From assembly GCA_037201605.1 (NCBI GenBank), contig JBBCGM010000002.1, positions 272,697-336,696 on the forward strand: 64,000 nt of DNA. Reading direction: 5' to 3'. This DNA comes from Candidatus Moraniibacteriota bacterium. GTDB lineage: Bacteria; Patescibacteriota; Minisyncoccia; Moranbacterales; UBA1568. Both the position numbers and the translations under genes were made by a program. Each line of letters opens with the position of its first letter. Within the stretch, counting starts at the first letter, position 1. A model generated the notes under the pieces. That model was given only the letters and a program-made list of their open reading frames with translations. It made no database searches and was not told the origin of the DNA. Shown in pieces: positions 58,620 to 64,000 of the stretch.

Positions 58620-60153
58620 GAATAGTTTTTACCTCGGCCGACAGACTGCCTCGGCCGAGCTGTATATCGAGTATATCACCCACTCGGGTCTCGCCGGCAG
58701 TTTTGAGCACTCGTTCACCCTTTTTAATCAGGCTATAGCCCAGGGCCAGCGCTCGCCGCGGGTCATACAGAGCCAAGGCCTCTTCGGAAGCTTCCAAGGC
58801 TCGGCGGACACGGAGCAGGAGAAAACGGAAATTTTCTTGCATCTTCTGACGAGTGATCGAAAGCTCGGTCTGCCGTTCGCGGACATATCCGGAAAGTTCT
58901 ACGATGCGCTCGGCCATGCCCTGCTCGCACATGCGCACCTGGTCGCGTACCGACCCCAAAGCAGTAAGCAGCCCTTCACTACCGCGATCCAGCAGGCGGG
59001 TCGCAAGAACTAATCGCTCTTGGAAGAGGAGCGGCAAATGTTGCTCGAAGTGAGTTATCAGCGATCGAGCCTCGCTCCAGGGCTGACTCAAAAGCTTGGC
59101 GGTAGCGGTCGGCGTAGAAACCATTCTGTCGGCCGCTAGAGCCGCAAGCGTCACGTCTTTTTCGTGGCCGATACCGAGGAGCGTTGGGATCTTGGAATCG
59201 GCCACTGCCTGAACCAGCATTTCGTTATTAAAAGCCTGGAGACTCTCCAAGCTGCCGCCGCCGCGGATAACGACCAGCGCATCGAATTTTTCGGGCGTCT
59301 GGTTGAAATACTTGATACCAGCCAAGATTTCCAGCACGGCTCGCTTTCCTTCCACGGCTGTCGGATAGAAAGAGACGCGCATGCCTGAAAGACTGAGGTT
59401 CATGCGAAAATCATCAATAGCGGCTCCGTCCTTCGAAGTAATAAGCGCGATACGCTCACAAAAGAGCGGTAATTCTCGCTTACGCTCCTGTGCAAATATG
59501 CCTGCGCTCTCCAATTTCTGGAAGAGGAGATCGTAGGCCTTCTTGAGCGCTCCTTCTCCGAAAAGCTCGATAAACCCGACCTGGAAGGCGAGCCGCCCCA
59601 GGGGCTTATAGACATTGGGAACGCCTTCGACTACCACCTCATCGCCAAGCGCAAGCGGGACACCCGAGAGCGCATAGGCGCTGCGGAAAATAAAGCAGGG
59701 AAGAGTACTCTCGTCGGAGGGATCCTTGAGGCTGAAATACACGACCCGCTCGCGAATATCCAGACTGGTCACCTCTCCTCTGATGCGGGCAGCCAGACCT
59801 GAAAGTTCGACGTTCAACCCATCAAGAAACTGGCTGACGGAGAGCGGTTCCTGTGAAGCAATTTCAGACGCGTTCTCCGACTCTGACGAGGACAGGCCTC
59901 TCTCGTTTACCTTGGGCGCAGGAATCGCTTCAGATCCATGTTCGCTGAGAATGCCGAGGAGCGCTTTCCCATACTTGCGGAAGCGCGCTTCCTTAATCCC
60001 CTTTACTTCCAGCATCTCCTCTTTACTCTGGGGACGCGTTATGGCAAGCGCATCCAAAACGGCGTTTGAAAGCACCCGATAGGATTCAACGCCTTCCATA
60101 TTTGCCTGACGGTCGCGCCACTGACGCAACGCTTGATGGAGAGAGGGAGTCAT
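58612..60153 (-). CDS. xseA: Exodeoxyribonuclease VII large subunit with an N-terminal HRDC-like domain
   Basis: Intact 513-aa ORF. Residues of about 1-75 (LRQWRDRQANMEGVESYRVLSNAVLDALAITRPQSKEEMLEVKGIKEARFRKYGKALLGIL) look HRDC-like. An OB-fold and catalytic region follow (..VVIRGGGSLESLQAFNNE..). Confidence 0.9.
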   Translation of the reverse strand: MTPSLHQALRQWRDRQANMEGVESYRVLSNAVLDALAITRPQSKEEMLEVKGIKEARFRKYGKALLGILSEHGSEAIPAPKVNERGLSSSESENASEIASQEPLSVSQFLDGLNVELSGLAARIRGEVTSLDIRERVVYFSLKDPSDESTLPCFIFRSAYALSGVPLALGDEVVVEGVPNVYKPLGRLAFQVGFIELFGEGALKKAYDLLFQKLESAGIFAQERKRELPLFCERIALITSKDGAAIDDFRMNLSLSGMRVSFYPTAVEGKRAVLEILAGIKYFNQTPEKFDALVVIRGGGSLESLQAFNNEMLVQAVADSKIPTLLGIGHEKDVTLAALAADRMVSTPTATAKLLSQPWSEARSLITHFEQHLPLLFQERLVLATRLLDRGSEGLLTALGSVRDQVRMCEQGMAERIVELSGYVRERQTELSITRQKMQENFRFLLLRVRRALEASEEALALYDPRRALALGYSLIKKGERVLKTAGETRVGDILDIQLGRGSLSAEVKTIHE

Positions 60154-60231
60154 AGAACATTCTTAAGTCTCTAGTATAGCAAAAGCTCCCCCGAATACCC
60201 CGGGAGAGCTTTTTTCCGAAAGACGGAAGCC

Positions 60232-61047
60232 TTACTTCACGTACTTATCAAGGGTGGCCTTGAACTGGGCGTAGGGCAGAGCGCCTACTACCCGCTCACC
60301 GGTAACCTGACCATTCTTGTCAACCGTACCGATGATAAAGCTCGGGGTCCCGGTCACGCCGGCGGTCGTACCGTCAGCAATATCTTTTTTGATCTCTTCC
60401 TGAACTTCCTGAGTTTGAGCGCAGGCAGCAATCTTTACCGGATCAACACCGGCTTCACGAAGCAGGCTCTCGAGTTTGCCGGCAGGCAAGCCCTGTCCAT
60501 TCGATTGCGTGTTGTCGTAGAGAGCCTTGCCAAAAGCGAAATAGGCGGCATCTCCCTTTTCCTTGCGCACGCAAGAAGCGGTAGCCGCTTCCTCCGTTGC
60601 CTTGGGATCATGGAATGAAAGAGGGAAATCACGGAAAGAGAGGATGGCCTTGCCGGTGTTCACATAGTCTTTGACCAACTGGTCATAGGTATCCTTATGG
60701 AAACGCTGGCAAAACGGGCATTCATAATCGCTAAATTCGATAATCGCCACCTTCGCTTTCGTCTTATCACCTAAGACTGGGTCATCGTCTAAAGAAACGG
60801 TTACATTGGTAGCTTCCGGAGCAGCAGCCGTACCCTGGTCATCGGCACCTGGGACAACTGCAGCGGCAGCCGGATCCGAAGTTTTGCTCATAGGCGTAGC
60901 GAGACTTGCAGAAATAATAATAGCTGAAAGCAGAATCGTACCTGCAATCAGGAGGGCATCCCGCGTGAGGAGCGCCTCAGAAATCCAAACTTTTTTTTTG
61001 CTTGCCGGCGCGATACCTTCCGTCTCTGTTACTGAGATGTCTTCCAT
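60232..61047 (-). CDS. Membrane-anchored DsbA-family thiol:disulfide oxidoreductase
   Basis: Intact 271-aa ORF with an N-terminal TM segment, FSDYECPFCQRFH (a CxxC motif) and ..GVTGTPSFIIG. Confidence 0.8.
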   Translation of the reverse strand: MEDISVTETEGIAPASKKKVWISEALLTRDALLIAGTILLSAIIISASLATPMSKTSDPAAAAVVPGADDQGTAAAPEATNVTVSLDDDPVLGDKTKAKVAIIEFSDYECPFCQRFHKDTYDQLVKDYVNTGKAILSFRDFPLSFHDPKATEEAATASCVRKEKGDAAYFAFGKALYDNTQSNGQGLPAGKLESLLREAGVDPVKIAACAQTQEVQEEIKKDIADGTTAGVTGTPSFIIGTVDKNGQVTGERVVGALPYAQFKATLDKYVK

Positions 61048-61330
61048 AGCAATGCATCTTATTCGAGTTACTCCTCCTTGTCTTGAGCCCAGTATACCAC
61101 AACCACTTTTTAGACTCCTGTAAGAAGTTCCTTTGAACCTGGGGGCATAGCAGCAAGGTGAAACGCTATGCTCCCCTTCGAAGATGCCAGAAAAAAATAA
61201 GGACGAGGGTCAAGAGAATAACCTCGATTACTCCCACTACTATGACCAATCCGCTCGGCTTCATATTGGCTTTATTTTAGCACAGAAGAAGCCGCTTTGA
61301 GGGGAAAATTATGCTATAATCGAAAAAAAT

Positions 61331-62665
61331 ATGCCTCTCGAAACCGACCCGAATGCCCTGGCTCTGATACGCGCGGAAAAACTGCGCGTCATTTATAATC
61401 GCGGCAAACAAAACGAGATTCAGGCGCTCAAAGAGATCAACGTTTCCATCTATCCGCAGGAATACGTCATCATCTTCGGGCCGTCCGGTTGTGGCAAATC
61501 AACACTTCTCTATTCTTTCTCGGGCCTGCAACGGGCAAGCGAAGGTGCCGTTTTCTTCAAGGGTAAAGCTCTCGGCGCGATGTCGCGGCGTGAAGAACTG
61601 GACTTGCACCAGACCGGCATGGGTATGATATTCCAGGCTTTCTACCTGATATCTTCCCTCAATATCCTGGACAATATCTGTCTCCCAAAAGTCTTTCGCA
61701 GCGAGAGTCCCAGCGTGCGCAGAAAAGTCGGCTACCACTTGCTGCGGCGCTTCGGCATCGCAGAACAGGCGGACAAATTCCCGAGTCAGCTGTCCGGCGG
61801 CCAGAAGCAGCGCGTAGCGATCGCTCGTTCTCTCATGAACAATCCCGATATCATCCTGGCTGACGAACCGGTCGGAAACCTCGACAGCGAAAGTGCCGAG
61901 AATGTGCTGCGTATTCTCAAAGAGTTAAACGAGGTAGATAAGAAGACGGTTATCATGGTGACGCACAACCCGGAACATCTCCCCTACGCGGATCGGGTCA
62001 TTTTCATGAAGGACGGATACATCACCAAAGAAGAAGTGCACAAGGAGAAGCGGCCGATTAAATCAGAAGGTGCGGAAAAGAAGCGCGAGGAAGAGTCCCC
62101 CGAGACTATGGAGCTCAAGATGCTTATGAACTCCTTCAAGAACCTCTTACCTCAGCAGATGGACGTACTCCTCGTACCGTTCAAAGCTAAACAGCTGCTT
62201 GCCTACCTGCTTTCAGATCTCAATGACGATCAAATCACGACTGCCGAAGGCTTCCTCAAGGAGCTGCTCTTTAAGAACATCGATACCGGCCTCTTCTCGG
62301 AACGGCTCGACCGCAGCCTCGATCTCGGCGGTGCAGGCTGGAACAAGATGCGCGCGCAGCACTTCAGCACCCAGGTAGCGGCGATTCTCCACGAAGTAGA
62401 AACGCTCAAACAGCAGGGAACGGCTGCTATTCCCGGTTTTCTTGAGTATCTGACAGCTCGCTTCCATCTGCGCAGCCTCTCTGAGGAGCAGAGAAGCCGC
62501 TTTCAAGCGGCGCTCTTGGCCCGCTTCGAAAGCCATATCGGGCAGATCGAATTGCAGAAAAAGCTCGACGATGCGCGCAGCCAGGGAGGCGTGGGCCTCA
62601 ACAAGCTGACCGTTGAGAAAATCGTGCGCGAAGTGGAAATTATCATGCTTCTCAAATACTCCTAG
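61331..62665 (+). CDS. ABC transporter ATP-binding protein (MacB/LolD-like) with a C-terminal extension of about 200 aa
   Basis: Intact 444-aa ORF with GPSGCGKST, LSGGQKQRVAIARSL and ILADEPVGNLD. The C-terminal half has no recognised motif. Confidence 0.9.
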   Translation: MPLETDPNALALIRAEKLRVIYNRGKQNEIQALKEINVSIYPQEYVIIFGPSGCGKSTLLYSFSGLQRASEGAVFFKGKALGAMSRREELDLHQTGMGMIFQAFYLISSLNILDNICLPKVFRSESPSVRRKVGYHLLRRFGIAEQADKFPSQLSGGQKQRVAIARSLMNNPDIILADEPVGNLDSESAENVLRILKELNEVDKKTVIMVTHNPEHLPYADRVIFMKDGYITKEEVHKEKRPIKSEGAEKKREEESPETMELKMLMNSFKNLLPQQMDVLLVPFKAKQLLAYLLSDLNDDQITTAEGFLKELLFKNIDTGLFSERLDRSLDLGGAGWNKMRAQHFSTQVAAILHEVETLKQQGTAAIPGFLEYLTARFHLRSLSEEQRSRFQAALLARFESHIGQIELQKKLDDARSQGGVGLNKLTVEKIVREVEIIMLLKYS

Positions 62666-62668
62666 GCT

Positions 62669-63859
62669 ATGCTTATCCCCGACCTGCTGAAACTTTCCCT
62701 GCGCATGTTCAAGGCCCGTACTATGCGGACGCTCCTCACTATTTTGGGCATGAGTGTCGGTATCGCAGCTATCATTTTCCTCGTCTCTTTGGGCTATGGG
62801 CTCCAGAGGACCCTCCTCCAGCGCATTACCACCTCAGACGCCCTCGTCAGCCTGGATGTGACAGGCAGCCAAGAAGGACGCGGACTGATCCTCAACCAGA
62901 CCGGTATTGATAATCTCCAGTCTGTCCCGGATGTCGTCCAAGTCACGCCGGTACTAGAGCTGCCCGGCCAGGCGAAGTTCCAATCCCTGACACTTGACAT
63001 CAACACGGTCAGCTCAGAGTCCGGTTTCCAAAAAAGCGAGGGGCTGAAAGTGGTAGCCGGACGCTTCTTTAGTGAAACGAGTTCTTCTGAAACCGTGGTT
63101 ACCGAAGACTTGGCGGCCGTACTGGGCATCTCGCCTGAAGAAATTCTCGGTCAAAAGGTCAGTTTTACGCTCTTTCCCAAAAGCGCCCCGGGCAGCAACC
63201 GAGCAGACACCTTTGCGCCCCCTACTGAGTACACGGTCGTGGGCGTCGTCGTGGGCGAAAACAGCGCCTATTTGCCGCTTCGCTCTCTCTCAAGCCTCTC
63301 TATCGACAGCTTTTCCAAGATCAAGGTAAAGGCAAGCTCTACCAACTCCGTCAACCAAGTCCGTCAGGTCATAGAGACACGCGGCTTCCTCGTTTCTTCC
63401 ATTTCTGAAACCGTCGACCAGGCCAATAAGGTCTTCCGGGCCGTTCAGATCATCCTCATGATTTTCGGCATGATTGCGCTCATCGTCTCGGCTATCGGCA
63501 TGTTCAACACCATGACTATCGCGCTCCTGGAGCGTACTGAAGAGATCGGTATTATGAAGGCTATCGGCGCATCGCGCACTGATATATCCCTCATGTTCGT
63601 TATGGAATCGACAATGATGGGCTTCCTCGGATCGGTCGGCGGCGTGATCCTCGGAATCATCGAGGGAGAAATCATCAATGTGCTTATCAATATGATCGCG
63701 TCGCGCTTCGGCGGTGAGGCAGTCGATCTGTTCTATAGCCCGCTCTGGTTCATAGGCGTCGTCATCGCCTTCGGTGCTTTTGTCGGATTTCTTACTGGCG
63801 TGTTTCCGGCCAGAACGGCGTCCAAGATCGATGCTCTGGAGGCGCTCCGTTACAAGTAA
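62669..63859 (+). CDS. ABC transporter permease, FtsX/MacB-type
   Basis: Intact 396-aa ORF with an N-terminal TM segment, a large extracytoplasmic domain and a C-terminal FtsX-like 3-TM bundle (..ERTEEIGIMKAIGASR..). Confidence 0.9.
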   Translation: MLIPDLLKLSLRMFKARTMRTLLTILGMSVGIAAIIFLVSLGYGLQRTLLQRITTSDALVSLDVTGSQEGRGLILNQTGIDNLQSVPDVVQVTPVLELPGQAKFQSLTLDINTVSSESGFQKSEGLKVVAGRFFSETSSSETVVTEDLAAVLGISPEEILGQKVSFTLFPKSAPGSNRADTFAPPTEYTVVGVVVGENSAYLPLRSLSSLSIDSFSKIKVKASSTNSVNQVRQVIETRGFLVSSISETVDQANKVFRAVQIILMIFGMIALIVSAIGMFNTMTIALLERTEEIGIMKAIGASRTDISLMFVMESTMMGFLGSVGGVILGIIEGEIINVLINMIASRFGGEAVDLFYSPLWFIGVVIAFGAFVGFLTGVFPARTASKIDALEALRYK

Positions 63860-63896
63860 ACTCCTCTTCTCTCAGATTATTTTCTTGTGATAACGC

Positions 63897-63928
63897 AAAG
63901 ACCCTTACTTATAAGTAAGGGTCTTTTC
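63897..63928 (+). terminator. Intrinsic terminator after the ABC permease gene
   Basis: AGACCCTTAC-ttataa-GTAAGGGTCT is followed by TTTT. Confidence 0.6.
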
Positions 63929-64000
63929 TAAATGATCGAGAAAGGGATACGTCCTATGGACCGACATATTTGATTTCGGCCTGGACGGCGCGAGTCGTAC

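Noticed and set aside
57853-59013. A 386-aa plus-strand ORF, and the 96-aa minus ORF at 55425..55715 that shares an identical peptide with it
   Set aside because: The 386-aa ORF reads through CRISPR leader R, the repeats and spacers, and then the antisense strand of xseB and xseA. The shared peptide merely reflects the inverted 241-bp leader duplication. It is not a gene.
61170-61265. A 32-codon hydrophobic ORF on the minus strand upstream of the DsbA-like gene
   Set aside because: It is too short and lacks supporting signals. It may simply be intergenic sequence.

Overview
The window is mostly housekeeping genes from a compact bacterial genome of about 53% GC, possibly a CPR/Patescibacteria-like lineage (low-confidence inference). 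Most genes lie on the minus strand. They include five aminoacyl-tRNA synthetases (leuS, metG, glyQS, ileS, argS), the full F1Fo ATP synthase operon, tgt, recO, smpB with tmRNA, infC-rpmI-rplT, lgt, mutY, mnmA and a dus gene. There is also an Rrf2-regulated sufCBDSU cluster with a ferredoxin and a DUF59 protein, a two-subunit 2-oxoacid:ferredoxin oxidoreductase, xseAB, and an ABC transporter pair.

The standout is a self-contained 3.1-kb CRISPR locus at 55268-58380. It encodes a 420-aa TnpB/Cas12-like protein that appears to lack the C-terminal zinc finger and RuvC-III segment and has Ala at the RuvC-I Asp position. It also encodes a short Cas1, with no Cas2 or Cas4. These genes are bracketed by two inverted copies of an identical 241-bp leader, each followed by its own small array of 40-nt repeats.

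Other items worth a second look:
- a Nudix-like domain inserted in LeuS
- a T-box leader with an Ile (AUC) specifier ahead of ileS
- a promoter, small ORF and terminator unit lying antisense inside the atp operon
- about 600 bp without a convincing ORF at 12.7-13.3 kb
- two tandem paralogs with a possible cell-wall hydrolase domain
- a GC-rich orphan gene
- a long intergenic hairpin at 46.5 kb

A major caveat applies to the first 39 kb. Roughly 55-60 apparent 1-nt frameshifts, several of them in short homopolymers, break essential genes there. I found none in the last 25 kb. This points to uneven assembly or polishing rather than real pseudogenes.
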